A DNA stretch of 64,000 nt. Origin: an uncultured Acetobacteraceae bacterium (lineage in GTDB: Bacteria > Pseudomonadota > Alphaproteobacteria > Acetobacterales > Acetobacteraceae). Location: contig CAXUNX010000001.1 in NCBI GenBank assembly GCA_964252545.1, positions 18,552-82,551 on the forward strand, in the 5' to 3' direction. The translations under genes were made by a program, and so were the position numbers. Of the stretch, positions 29,511 through 39,546 are shown in pieces (the first letter of the stretch is position 1; each line of letters begins with the position of its first letter). The notes under the pieces were generated by a model, which was given only the letters and a program-made list of their open reading frames with translations, ran no database searches and had not been told where the DNA came from.

Positions 29511-30385
29511 GTGCCGTTCTGCACCCGGTCCCGGACGCGGTGCATCCCGCGCCGCCTCCGGCGTCGATGCCGGCGACGCGGCAGCGCCTGCCCGCCTCGT
29601 TGCTGGCAGGTCTCCTGATCCTGGCGCTCAGCACAGCGCTGGCCGCGGTTCCGCAGTGGGTGGCACCGATGAGCCCCCGGCACTTCGACTATGCGAACCT
29701 CCTGCATGGGCCAAGCCTGTTGCATCCGTTCGGCACCGACGAGTACGGCCGCGACATGCTTTCGCGCGTGATCTGGGGCTATGCGGTGGACATGCAGATC
29801 GCGCTGTTCGCGACGGTTCCCGCACTGCTGGTCGGCACCGTGGTGGGAGCTCTGGCCGGCTTCTTCGGCGGCATCGCGGAAACCCTGCTGGTGCAGATGG
29901 TGGGCATCGTCATCGCCTTCCCGTTCCTGGTGCTGGTGATCGCCATTGTCACCGTGCTGGGTCCGGGTTTGATCAACATGTATGTGGCGACCGCGCTGGT
30001 CGGATGGGTGTTCTATGCCCGGCTGATGCTGTCGGAGATGAAGATCCAGCGGCGGCTTGACTATGCCGCGGCCGCGCGGGCGATGGGCTACGGGCAGGCA
30101 CGGATCATCTTCCGGCACCTGATCCCGAATGCGATGACCGCGGTGCTGATCTTCTGGATGACCGACATGGCGCTTTCGATCCTGCTCGGCTCAAGCCTCG
30201 GCTATCTCGGCCTCGGCGCGCAGCCGCCGGTCGCGGAATGGGGCGCGCTGATCGCGAGCGGCAAGAACTACATCACCACGGCCTGGTGGATGACGGCCTT
30301 CCCGGGCATCGCCATTGTTCTCACCGGCCTCGCCTTCAGCCTCAGCGGCGACGGGCTCGGCAGGCTGCTCGGGGTGCGGCAATGA
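29507..30385 (+). CDS. Peptide ABC transporter permease (DppC-like)
   Basis: HPFGTDEYGRD, AARAMG, HLIPN, LGYLGLG.QPP.AEWG. Confidence 0.93.
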   Translation: MSAVLHPVPDAVHPAPPPASMPATRQRLPASLLAGLLILALSTALAAVPQWVAPMSPRHFDYANLLHGPSLLHPFGTDEYGRDMLSRVIWGYAVDMQIALFATVPALLVGTVVGALAGFFGGIAETLLVQMVGIVIAFPFLVLVIAIVTVLGPGLINMYVATALVGWVFYARLMLSEMKIQRRLDYAAAARAMGYGQARIIFRHLIPNAMTAVLIFWMTDMALSILLGSSLGYLGLGAQPPVAEWGALIASGKNYITTAWWMTAFPGIAIVLTGLAFSLSGDGLGRLLGVRQ

Positions 30386-31380
30386 CGCCGCAACTCGAGC
30401 TTCGCGATGTGTCGGTGGTGTTCGGCGCCGGAGCGGAGGCGCCGCGTGCGGTTGACGGCGTCAGCCTGTCCGTGCGGCCCGGCGAGATCCTGGGGGTGGT
30501 CGGCGAGAGTGGGTCCGGCAAGAGCCAGATGCTGCGCGCCATCATGCGCCAGCCGCCACGCGAGGCCCGGATCGATGGTGCCGTGTTCTGGCGCGGGCAG
30601 AACCTCATGGGGTTCGACGAGCGGTCGATGCGCGCCGTGCGGGGACGGGAGATCGCCCTGATCACCCAGGACGCGGCCGCCGCGCTGAACCGGGTTCTCG
30701 CCGTGGGCACGCAGATCAACGAGAGCCTGGCCGCGCACACGACGCTCGACCGCGCCGGCCGCCGCGAGCGCGCGATCGAACTGCTCGAGCTGGTCGGCAT
30801 CCCGAACGCGTCCGTCCGGCTCGGTGATCACCCGCACCAGTTCTCGGGCGGCATGCTGCAGCGGGTGATGATCGCGATCGCGCTGGCCTCCGAGCCCGGG
30901 CTGCTGCTCGCCGACGAGCCCACCACCGCGCTCGACGTGACCATCCAGGAGGAGATCCTCCGCCTGCTGCTGTCGCTGCGTGACCGGCTGGGCATGAGCA
31001 TCGTGCTGGTCACCCACGATCTCGGCGTAGTCGCGCGGCTCTGCGAGCGGGTGGTCGTCATGTATTCCGGGCGCATCGTCGAGAGCGGCTCGGTGGCGGC
31101 GCTGTTTGCGGAGCCGCGCCATCCCTACACGCGCGGCCTGCTCGGCTCGGTTCCGGGCGCCGGACGGCCGCGCACGATGCTCGCCGCGATCGAAGGCACC
31201 ACGCCCGCCATCGCGGACCGGCCCGGCGGCTGCCCGTTCCATCCGCGCTGCCCTGCGGCACAAACACGCTGCATGGCGACCGTGCCGCGGCTGGAGCCCG
31301 CACTCCCGGGTCACACCGTCGCCTGCCTGAGGCAGGACGAGCTTGCCGTCACCGGTCATGCGGCAAGGATCACGGCGTGA
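30382..31380 (+). CDS. Peptide ABC transporter ATPase (DppD-like)
   Basis: [33 protein letters not shown]. Confidence 0.93.
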   Translation: MTPQLELRDVSVVFGAGAEAPRAVDGVSLSVRPGEILGVVGESGSGKSQMLRAIMRQPPREARIDGAVFWRGQNLMGFDERSMRAVRGREIALITQDAAAALNRVLAVGTQINESLAAHTTLDRAGRRERAIELLELVGIPNASVRLGDHPHQFSGGMLQRVMIAIALASEPGLLLADEPTTALDVTIQEEILRLLLSLRDRLGMSIVLVTHDLGVVARLCERVVVMYSGRIVESGSVAALFAEPRHPYTRGLLGSVPGAGRPRTMLAAIEGTTPAIADRPGGCPFHPRCPAAQTRCMATVPRLEPALPGHTVACLRQDELAVTGHAARITA

Positions 31381-32408
31381 GCGAGGCGAACATCCTGCTG
31401 CAGGCGGATCGCGTCTCGAAGCGCTTCGGCCGACGCCGCTCGGTGATCGATATCGCACGCGGGCGTCACCCGTCTTGCGTGCACGCATTGCTGGGCGTGA
31501 GCCTCGCCGTCGCCGCCGGTGAAGCGTTCAGCATCGTGGGCGAGTCCGGCTCCGGCAAGTCGACGCTCGCCCGCTGCCTTGCCGCTCTGCACGACTGCGA
31601 CGGCGGCCGCGTGCTCTATCGTGGCCGCGACCTCGCCACGATCCGCGGCGCCGAGCGCCGGGCGTTCCATCGCCGGGTGCAGCTGGTGTTCCAAAACCCG
31701 CTCAGCGCGCTCAATCCGCGCATGACGGTGGCCCAGACGCTCGGCGAGGCACTCAGGGTGCACCGCATCTGCGACGATGGCGCGGTGCCGCGCGAGATGG
31801 CGGCGCTGCTCGATCTGGTCCGGCTGCCCTCGGCCGTGCTGCATCGGCGGCCGCACCAGTTCTCGGGCGGCCAGCTGCAGCGGATCGCCATGGCACGCGC
31901 CCTCTCGGTGCGGCCCGAGATCATCGTCGCCGACGAGGTCGTCTCCGCGCTCGACGTCTCGGTGCAGGCGCAGATCGTCAACCTGCTGATCACCCTGCAG
32001 TCCCAGCTCAACCTGGCACTCGTCTTCATTGCGCACGACCTCCGGCTGGTGCGCCACATCTCGCATCGCGTCGCGGTGATGTATCGCGGCACGCTGGTGG
32101 AAGTCGGGACCAGCGAGGAGCTGTTCGCCGATCCGCTGCATCCATACACGCGATTGCTGATCGCATCCGCACCGACCCTGGATCCGCGACAAGCCCTCGA
32201 GCATGAGCCGCCCGCAGCGGCGGCGGGCAAGGCCATCCCCTTGGAATCCCTGACAGGCTGCGTGTTCATGCCGCGCTGCGAGCGGGCCCGGCCCTGCTGC
32301 GCAACGGAGGCGCCGAGCCTGCGCAGGGTCGCGCCGACCCGCGCGGCCGCCTGCCACTTCGTTCCCGATCAAACCCGAACCATCGATCTTGACCAGCACG
32401 TCACCTAG
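31377..32408 (+). CDS. Peptide ABC transporter ATPase (DppF-like)
   Basis: [38 protein letters not shown]. Confidence 0.93.
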   Translation: MSEANILLQADRVSKRFGRRRSVIDIARGRHPSCVHALLGVSLAVAAGEAFSIVGESGSGKSTLARCLAALHDCDGGRVLYRGRDLATIRGAERRAFHRRVQLVFQNPLSALNPRMTVAQTLGEALRVHRICDDGAVPREMAALLDLVRLPSAVLHRRPHQFSGGQLQRIAMARALSVRPEIIVADEVVSALDVSVQAQIVNLLITLQSQLNLALVFIAHDLRLVRHISHRVAVMYRGTLVEVGTSEELFADPLHPYTRLLIASAPTLDPRQALEHEPPAAAAGKAIPLESLTGCVFMPRCERARPCCATEAPSLRRVAPTRAAACHFVPDQTRTIDLDQHVT

Positions 32409-32417
32409 GAGCAGCGC

Positions 32418-33935
32418 ATGCCGAATCCTGAGCTCGCCGATGAGACCGCACGGCTGGGCGATCTGCTCTGCACGATGAACCTGCTGTCGTGGGACGCGCG
32501 CACGCACATGCCTCCGGGCGGCAATGCCGCGCGCGGACATCAGGTCGCAACACTCACCGCGCTGGCGCGCGATTGCGCAACCGGGCCGCGCATGCGCGAC
32601 GCGGTCGCGTCGGCGCTGGACCGGCCGGACGCCATGGACCCGGACGAGCGCGACCTGGTGTCGGAGTTCGCAGGCCAGATCGAGACGATGCGCCGCATTC
32701 CGGAGCCGCTGCTGGTCGAGCTCGCGAACCTGAAGACCACGGCGCATGCGGCCTGGATCGCTGCCCGGCAATCGAACGATTTCTCGGTATTCTCGCCGAT
32801 GCTGACCCGGATCTTCGCGCTGCAGCGCGAGCTGGCCGAGGCGATCGGCTACGCCGAGCATCCGTATGACGCCTTGATCGGTCAATACGAACCAGGGATG
32901 ACGCTTGCCCGGCTCGAGCCGCTGTTCGCGACTCTCCGTTCCGGTATCGAGCCGTTGCTGGAAAGCGTGCGCGACGTGGCTCCCGCCTCGGACTTCCTCC
33001 GGCAGCACTTTCCGATCGAGCAACAGCAGCGCTTCGCGGCCATGATCGCAGCGAAGCTGGGCTATGATTTCAACCGCGGACGCATCGACGACACGGTGCA
33101 TCCGTTCGAGATCTCGATGACCCGCGACGATGTCCGGATCACCTCCCGGTTCCGGGAGGATTTCCTGCAGGGTGGCCTGTTCGCGCTGTGGCACGAGGCC
33201 GGACACGGCATCTACGAGCAGGGCGTGTCGCCGCGCTGGACGCGCGGACTTGGCGCCATCGACCTCATCAACCTGTACGCCGTGGGCGGCAGCAGCTTCG
33301 GCCTGCACGAATCGCAGTCGCGCCTGTTCGAGAACCGGATCGGGCGCTCGCGCCGGTTCTGGGAACTGCATTACGGCGCACTCCGGGACACCTTTCCCGA
33401 TCAGCTCGCGGGAGTCTCGGTTGAAGCCTTCTGGCGCAGCGTGAACGCGCCCCGCCGCGGGCTGATCCGGATCGAGGCAGACGAGCTGACCTATGACGCG
33501 CACATCATGCTGCGGGTCGAGCTGGAGGCGGCCCTGGTGGCAGGCGAGTGCGCGGTGGAGGACCTGCCCGCGCTCTGGAACGAACGCATGGCGCGCAGTT
33601 TCGGGCTGGTTGTTCCCGATCTCGCGCATGGCGTGCTGCAGGACGTGCACTGGTCCGCGTGCTATGTCGGCTCGTTCGCCACCTACACGCTCGGCAACAT
33701 CATGTCGTCGCAGTTCTTTGCGGCGGCCGGCCGCGACGCGGCGGTTTCCGCGGGACTGCGGGAGGGCCGCTACGAGCCGCTGACCAGATGGCTCGGACAG
33801 CACGTCCACCAGCACGGCCGAAGCCGCCACCGCGACCGCATCCTCGGCGATGCGGCCGGCAGCGGACTGGATCCCGCACCCTATCTCGCCGACCTGCGCG
33901 CCAAGACCGAGGCGTTGCTGGAGGTCCGGCCATGA
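32418..33935 (+). CDS. Carboxypeptidase M32 (Taq-type)
   Basis: HPF, HEAGH, HESQS, IRIEAD, LQDVHW motifs. Confidence 0.93.
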   Translation: MPNPELADETARLGDLLCTMNLLSWDARTHMPPGGNAARGHQVATLTALARDCATGPRMRDAVASALDRPDAMDPDERDLVSEFAGQIETMRRIPEPLLVELANLKTTAHAAWIAARQSNDFSVFSPMLTRIFALQRELAEAIGYAEHPYDALIGQYEPGMTLARLEPLFATLRSGIEPLLESVRDVAPASDFLRQHFPIEQQQRFAAMIAAKLGYDFNRGRIDDTVHPFEISMTRDDVRITSRFREDFLQGGLFALWHEAGHGIYEQGVSPRWTRGLGAIDLINLYAVGGSSFGLHESQSRLFENRIGRSRRFWELHYGALRDTFPDQLAGVSVEAFWRSVNAPRRGLIRIEADELTYDAHIMLRVELEAALVAGECAVEDLPALWNERMARSFGLVVPDLAHGVLQDVHWSACYVGSFATYTLGNIMSSQFFAAAGRDAAVSAGLREGRYEPLTRWLGQHVHQHGRSRHRDRILGDAAGSGLDPAPYLADLRAKTEALLEVRP

Positions 33936-34876
33936 CGGCGGCAGGCGATCGGCCGATCGCGATCGGCCTGCATGGCGGTTGCGGCGTGATGCCGCAGGCC
34001 GAACTGCCGGCAGCCGAATGGGCGGCGGCACGCGACGACATGGCGCGGGCACTCACCAAGGGCTGGGAGCTGCTTGAACAGGGAGCCAGCGCCGTCGACG
34101 CCGTCGAGGCCTGCGTCGTGGTCCTGGAGGACTCGCCGCACTTCAATGCCGGCCACGGCGCAGCGCTCAACCGGAACGGCGTGCATGAGCTTGATGCCTC
34201 GATCATGGACGGCTCAACCGGAGCTGCGGGCGCGGTCTGCGCGGCGCAGGCGGTGCGCAACCCGGTGCGTGCGGCGAGGGCGCTGATGCAGCAGGGCGTT
34301 CCGATGATGCTGGCCGGTCCGGCAGCCGACCGCTTCGCCGGATCGGTCGGCCTCGCCCTTGAGGCGCAGGACTACTTCACCACGCCTCGCCGGCTTGCGG
34401 CCCTGCGAGCGATGCAGGCGCGACGCGCGGCCGGAACCGGATCTGCGGCGAGCGAGGCCGAGAAGCATGGGACGGTCGGCGCCGTGGCGCTGGACCGGAA
34501 TGGGCATCTCGCCGCCGCCACCTCGACCGGTGGCTACACCGACAAGCCGGAAGGACGCATCGGCGACTCCCCGGTGATCGGCGCCGGGACCTTTGCGCAG
34601 GACGGCGTCTGTGCGGTGTCCTGCACCGGGCAGGGGGAGTTCTTCATCCGCCACGTCGCCGCGCATGCGATCGCAGCACGGGTTCGCCACCTCGGCGAGG
34701 ACCTCGAGACCGCGGCGCGTTTCATGATCGAAACGGAGATGGCGCCGCACCGCATCGGCACCGGCCTGATCGCGATCGACCGGAACGGCCGCGTGGTCGC
34801 TCCCTTCAACACGGAGGGCATGTTCCGCGGGTGGATCCTGCCGGATGGCGCGATGTTCGTTGCGACCCATCGCTAG
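33932..34876 (+). CDS. iaaA: Isoaspartyl peptidase/L-asparaginase (T2 Ntn-hydrolase)
   Basis: LHGGCG, LEDSPHFNAG, ELDASIMDG, HGTVGAVA (catalytic Thr), ATSTGG, GRIGDSP, SCTGQGE. Confidence 0.9.
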   Translation: MTAAGDRPIAIGLHGGCGVMPQAELPAAEWAAARDDMARALTKGWELLEQGASAVDAVEACVVVLEDSPHFNAGHGAALNRNGVHELDASIMDGSTGAAGAVCAAQAVRNPVRAARALMQQGVPMMLAGPAADRFAGSVGLALEAQDYFTTPRRLAALRAMQARRAAGTGSAASEAEKHGTVGAVALDRNGHLAAATSTGGYTDKPEGRIGDSPVIGAGTFAQDGVCAVSCTGQGEFFIRHVAAHAIAARVRHLGEDLETAARFMIETEMAPHRIGTGLIAIDRNGRVVAPFNTEGMFRGWILPDGAMFVATHR

Positions 34877-34909
34877 CGGGCGAGACCCGAGCCGGCCGGT
34901 TGCAGGAGC

Positions 34910-35938
34910 ATGAGCGAAACCATCCTGATCTGGGGTGCCGGCGCCATCGGCGGCACGATCGGCGCCTATCTGGTACGCGCCGGCCATGATGTGCTGTTCG
35001 TGGATTGCGCAGCCGACCATGTCGCTGCCATGCAACGGGACGGGCTGGCAATCGAGGGGCCGATCGACGCGTTCGCGGTTCCGGTGCGCGCGGTGACGCC
35101 GCGGGAAGTGTCGGGCCGCTTCGAGCGTGTCCTGCTCTGCGTCAAGGCGCACCAGACGGAAGCGGCAACCCGCGCCTTGCTGCCCTATCTGGCGGATGCG
35201 GGCTATGTCGCCTCCTTTCAGAACGGGCTCAACGAGCTTGTTATCGGCGGCATCGTCGGCATGGATCGCGTCGTCGGGGCGTTCGTCAATTTCGGCGCGG
35301 ACTACCTGGCGCCGGGGCGCATCCTCTACGGGGGCCGCGGCGCCTGCGTGGTCGGCGAGCTGCACGGGCGGCAAACCGAACGGGTCATCGATCTGCATCG
35401 CGCGCTGCTGTTGTTCGAGCCTGCGGCGATGGTGACCGACGACATCCTCGGCTATCTTTGGGGCAAGCTCGGATATGGCGCGCTGCTGTTCGCAACCGCC
35501 CTCACCAACGATTCCATCGCCGACATCCTGGATGCCCCCGAGCATCGGGCCATGCTGATCGCCACGGCTCGCGAGACGATGGCAGTGGCGGCCGCCAAGG
35601 GGGTGCGGCCGCGCGGCTTCAACGGGTTCGATCCCGCGGCGTTCGCCCCTGGCGGAGACGATGCGGCGATCAGGACGTCGTTCGCGGCCATGGTGGCGCA
35701 TAACCGCCGCTCGGCGAAGTCGCATAGCGGGATCTGGCGAGACCTCGCGATCCGCAAGCGTCGAACCGAGGTGGATGCCCAGCTTGGTCCTGTTGCCGAG
35801 GAAGCAGCGGCTCTGGGGCTTGCAGCACCGATGTTGACGCATCTGATCGCAATGATCCACCAGATCGAACGCGGCGACCGGACGCTGGATCGCGCCAACC
35901 TGATGGCTCTCGCCCAAAGCATGCCGGAGAACAGCTGA
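34910..35938 (+). CDS. Ketopantoate reductase (PanE/ApbA)-like oxidoreductase, divergent
   Basis: GAGAIGG, CVKA, FQNG, LWGKL, TEVD. It lacks the canonical KLxxN and SSMxQD (has KLGYG and SGIWRD instead). Confidence 0.8.
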   Translation: MSETILIWGAGAIGGTIGAYLVRAGHDVLFVDCAADHVAAMQRDGLAIEGPIDAFAVPVRAVTPREVSGRFERVLLCVKAHQTEAATRALLPYLADAGYVASFQNGLNELVIGGIVGMDRVVGAFVNFGADYLAPGRILYGGRGACVVGELHGRQTERVIDLHRALLLFEPAAMVTDDILGYLWGKLGYGALLFATALTNDSIADILDAPEHRAMLIATARETMAVAAAKGVRPRGFNGFDPAAFAPGGDDAAIRTSFAAMVAHNRRSAKSHSGIWRDLAIRKRRTEVDAQLGPVAEEAAALGLAAPMLTHLIAMIHQIERGDRTLDRANLMALAQSMPENS

Positions 35939-36684
35939 TGCGCATCGGCTTCGAAAAGCGCACCGCGCTGGTCACGGGTGCGGGCCACGGCATCGGGCGC
36001 GGCATCGCGCAGGCGTTCGCCCGGCTTGGAGCGAGAACGCTGGCACTCGATATCAACCAGGCCGGTCTCGCTGAAACAGCCCGCGGCAGCGAAGGTGCCC
36101 TGGACACCACGGTCGCGGATGTCACCGACCCGCACGCGATCAGGCGCGCCACGGAAGCTTTCGGGTGCTTCGACGTTCTCGTGCATAGCGCCGGCGGGGT
36201 CTGCGGGCAGGTGGGCAAGCCGGCGGAGGACGTGACCGCGGCGGAGTGGCATTCGATTGTCGCGGTCAATCTCACGGCTGCCTTCCTGATGGCGCAGGCG
36301 GTGACCCCGCGCATGAAGGCGGCGGGCTATGGGCGTATCGTCACCATCTCCAGCGGCGCTGGGATCGGCATCAGCCTCACCGGCATCCAGGCCTATGCAG
36401 CGTCCAAGGCGGGCGAGATCGGGTTGACCCGGCAACTTGCCCATGAGCTCGGTCCCTTCGGCATCACGGTCAACAGCGTCGCACCTGGCTTCGTCCGCTC
36501 GAACCCGGCGACCGAGCGTCAATGGCAAGCCTATGGGCCGGAGGGGCAGAGGCGCCTGCTTGAAGCGATCGCGATGCGCAGGCTCGGAACGGTCGAGGAC
36601 ATCGTCCACGCGGTGCTGTTCCTGGCGAGTGATCTGGCCGGTTGGATCAACGGCCAGACGCTGAGCGTGGATGGCGGCAAGTGA
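35938..36684 (+). CDS. SDR family oxidoreductase
   Basis: TGAGHGIG, SAGG, YAASK, VNSVAPG, VDGG. Confidence 0.9.
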   Translation: MRIGFEKRTALVTGAGHGIGRGIAQAFARLGARTLALDINQAGLAETARGSEGALDTTVADVTDPHAIRRATEAFGCFDVLVHSAGGVCGQVGKPAEDVTAAEWHSIVAVNLTAAFLMAQAVTPRMKAAGYGRIVTISSGAGIGISLTGIQAYAASKAGEIGLTRQLAHELGPFGITVNSVAPGFVRSNPATERQWQAYGPEGQRRLLEAIAMRRLGTVEDIVHAVLFLASDLAGWINGQTLSVDGGK

Positions 36685-37697
36685 ACACCACCGACCGGGA
36701 ACGGATGCAGGCCTGGCGCTTCGAACTGGTGCCGGCGCCCGAACCAGGCAGCAAGACGCAGGGTCAGGTTGATTGGGGTGATCCTGTGGTGACGGGCTGG
36801 GATTGGCCCTATGTCGCCGTCCGGGGGCTTGAACCCGGTCCGGCGGTGCTGGTCACGGCCGGGATCCACGGCTGCGAATATCCCTCCATCGATGCCGCAG
36901 TCCAGCTCGGAGCCAAACTCGATCCCTCGCGTCTCCGTGGGCAAGTCCTGTGCTTGCCGCTGATGAACCCTGCGGCGTTCCAGGAGCGGGTGCCCTATGT
37001 GTCCCCGGTCGATCATCTCAACCTCAATCGCGTATTCCCGGGGAACCCGGACGGAAGCTTCACCGAGCGTCTGGCCTGGTTGCTGGTGCAGCGGGCCATG
37101 CGTCACGCCGATGCCTATCTCGATCTGCACGGCGGCGATCTGCCCGAAGCCCTGGTCTCCTTCAGCATCTACCGCGAAACCGGCGATGCGGCGCTGGACG
37201 CCAGGAGCCGGATGATGGCGAGGGCGTTCGGATCCTCGGCATTGCTCGCGCAACGCCCTGTTGGCGGCCCGATCTCGGGCTTGTCCTTCGCAGCCGCCGC
37301 GGAACTCGGCATTCCCGCCATCATCGCAGAGGATGGCGGTGCGGGCATCTATCTGCCGCAGATCGCGGCGCGGATGCTGGCGGGCGCGGAGAATGTGTTG
37401 CGAAGCCTCGGTGCTCTGGCCGAAGCTGTGTGCAGCAATCCTCCGCCACGCCATTTCGATGATTTCCGCTGGCTGTTCTCGCAGGCGGCCGGCTTCTTCA
37501 AGCCAGCCGTGGAGGTCGGCGAGGAGGTCGAACTGGGCACTCCCCTGGGCACGATCAACAACTTCTTCGGCCACCAGATCGAGAGCATCGTCTCGCCGGT
37601 CGCAGGCCGGGTGCTGTTTCTGGTGATCAGCGCGGCCATCAAGCAGAACGGTCTGGTTTGCGGTATCGCAGCAGTTGCGGCGGCGTCGCTCTCATGA
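36681..37697 (+). CDS. Succinylglutamate desuccinylase/aspartoacylase (M14) family deacylase
   Basis: AGIHGCEY, NLNRVFPG, DLHGGD, AEDGG, and a C-terminal biotinyl-like domain. Confidence 0.85.
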   Translation: MNTTDRERMQAWRFELVPAPEPGSKTQGQVDWGDPVVTGWDWPYVAVRGLEPGPAVLVTAGIHGCEYPSIDAAVQLGAKLDPSRLRGQVLCLPLMNPAAFQERVPYVSPVDHLNLNRVFPGNPDGSFTERLAWLLVQRAMRHADAYLDLHGGDLPEALVSFSIYRETGDAALDARSRMMARAFGSSALLAQRPVGGPISGLSFAAAAELGIPAIIAEDGGAGIYLPQIAARMLAGAENVLRSLGALAEAVCSNPPPRHFDDFRWLFSQAAGFFKPAVEVGEEVELGTPLGTINNFFGHQIESIVSPVAGRVLFLVISAAIKQNGLVCGIAAVAAASLS

Positions 37698-37740
37698 ACA
37701 GCAGCCGGCGCCGGTTCTGGTCAGCGCAGGAACCGCAGGC

Positions 37741-39135
37741 ATGAACGAGTCTCAGGCTCGGGGACCCGACCTCAAGCGTGAAATGAACAGCACCGGCGGA
37801 TTGCTGATCACACTGGCCTGCCTTTCGCCCAGCATCGGCGTGTTCATCGTGGGCTCGGATATCCTGCATCAGGTCGGCAGCGGCGTCATCCTGTGCTTCG
37901 GTGCGGCGGTTGCATTGGGCCTCGCCATGGCCTCGGTCTATGCCGAGCTGGGCTCGGCCTTTCCGCACACCGGAGGCGAATACACCATCGCCGCTCGAGT
38001 GCTGGGGCCTCCCGCCGGCTTCGCCATGCTGTCGATCAATCTCGGCGGCCTGTGCTGCGCGCTGCCTTTGTCCGGGCTGGGCATCGCGAACTATCTCCAT
38101 GTGGTCGACCCTGACCTGCCGACGGTCCCGACAGCACTTGCGGCAGTGGGCGCAGTGACGCTGATCGCCGTGCTGAGCGTCAGGCTCAACGCCCTGGTCA
38201 CCGGCGCGCTGCTGGCAGGCGAGATCGCAGCACTGATCCTGACCGGGTTGCTCGGATTCTTGAACGCCCATGGCGATCTCGTCGGGCACGTTGTGCACCC
38301 GGTGATGGCAGATGGCGTGGGCGGCCTGCGCGCTGTGCCGCTGGCGGCACTTGGGGTCGCCGCGGCCAGCGGGATCTACGCCTTCAACGGTTATGGCTCG
38401 GTGGTGCTGTTCGGCGAGGAGATGCGAAATGCGCGTCGCAGTGTCGCGAGCGTGGTGTATCTGGCGCTCGCGATTGGCGCGATCACCGAACTGCTGCCGA
38501 TGGCGGGCATTGTCGCCGGTGCCCCTGACCTGGCCCGGCTCGCGGCATCCGCCACGCCGGTGCCGGACTTCATTCTCCAGACCGGCGGCCCGGTGATAGC
38601 GCGCGCGATCAGCCTCGGGGTGGCCGGTGCCATCTTCAACGCCATGATCGCAGTCGCCCTGGTCGGCGGGCGCCAGCTCTACGCCGCTGCGCGGGATGGC
38701 AGTTGGTCGGCGGCGATCAATCGTCAGCTCGCCCGCGTGCACCCGACCTTCCACTCTCCGCACATCGCGACACTGGCGGTCGGCGCCGCAGCACTGGCCG
38801 GCTGCTTCGTCCCATTGAACGTGCTGGTGGTCATCCTCGCCAACGGCAATGTCGCGACCTACGCCACGCTGTGCCTTGCGGTGATGATCGGACGCCGCAA
38901 CGGCAGCACGGCGGAAACACAGGCGCCAATGAGGCTGTTTCCGCTGCCGCCGCTGGTTGCTCTGTTGGCGCTGGCTGCGGTGGTGTGGGCGGACCTGCTG
39001 GACCCGCACGCCGGACTGCCAGGCCTGCTGATCACCATCGTCATGCTTTGCGCCGGCGCAGGCTACTGGCTTCTGGTTGTGCGTCGAAGAAACCTTTGGC
39101 GGCACTATGCTCCGGGCGAGGAAGCCAACCCTTGA
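37741..39135 (+). CDS. APC family amino acid/amine permease
   Basis: YAELGSAFPHTGGEY, YAFNGY, GEEM, RQLYAAARDG and 12 TM helices. Confidence 0.88.
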   Translation: MNESQARGPDLKREMNSTGGLLITLACLSPSIGVFIVGSDILHQVGSGVILCFGAAVALGLAMASVYAELGSAFPHTGGEYTIAARVLGPPAGFAMLSINLGGLCCALPLSGLGIANYLHVVDPDLPTVPTALAAVGAVTLIAVLSVRLNALVTGALLAGEIAALILTGLLGFLNAHGDLVGHVVHPVMADGVGGLRAVPLAALGVAAASGIYAFNGYGSVVLFGEEMRNARRSVASVVYLALAIGAITELLPMAGIVAGAPDLARLAASATPVPDFILQTGGPVIARAISLGVAGAIFNAMIAVALVGGRQLYAAARDGSWSAAINRQLARVHPTFHSPHIATLAVGAAALAGCFVPLNVLVVILANGNVATYATLCLAVMIGRRNGSTAETQAPMRLFPLPPLVALLALAAVVWADLLDPHAGLPGLLITIVMLCAGAGYWLLVVRRRNLWRHYAPGEEANP

Positions 39136-39368
39136 ACGAGGCAGAGGATGTCGCCGGACGGCACGGGGCTGTTGCGGCGTGGCATCCACTTCAAGCCGCA
39201 TCCTGCAACTCGATCCGCACAGTGTTCACTGATCGGCGCTCTTTACGGAACGGCGAGGGCACAATTTTCGATCATGTGATGACGGATTGATCAAGAACGT
39301 GAACGCACGACAGCATCCCCGACGAGCCGCCAGATTCGTCTTGGATGCGCCGCAGCCAGTCGCCTGCA

Positions 39369-39388
39369 GCATACAATATATTTTATAC
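39369..39388. promoter_or_regulatory. AT-rich imperfect palindrome upstream of the TonB receptor (candidate operator)
   Basis: GCATACAATATATTTTATAC; the core ATACAATATATTTTAT is a 14/16 self-complementary match in GC-rich DNA. Confidence 0.45.
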
Positions 39389-39546
39389 GGTCTTCGGATG
39401 GGTAAGGGGGAGGCGGCACGGGTGGCGCGCATGACGATGCGAGCTGACGCCGGGCGCGGCATATTTATTGCTCCTTGTGAGTCTGGTTGTGACCTCCGGT
39501 GGTGACTCCGGATCCGTTCGGTCTGATTTGCCGCAGGAGCTCGTAT

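Noticed and set aside
31356-34052. 898-aa ORF on the - strand, and similar long antisense ORFs such as 60673-63123 and 40591-42213
   Set aside because: These are shadow frames opposite well-supported genes.
25063-36684. Mycofactocin/RiPP interpretation of creatininase plus SDR plus peptidases
   Set aside because: No precursor peptide, radical SAM or RRE protein is visible, and the transporter is an importer.
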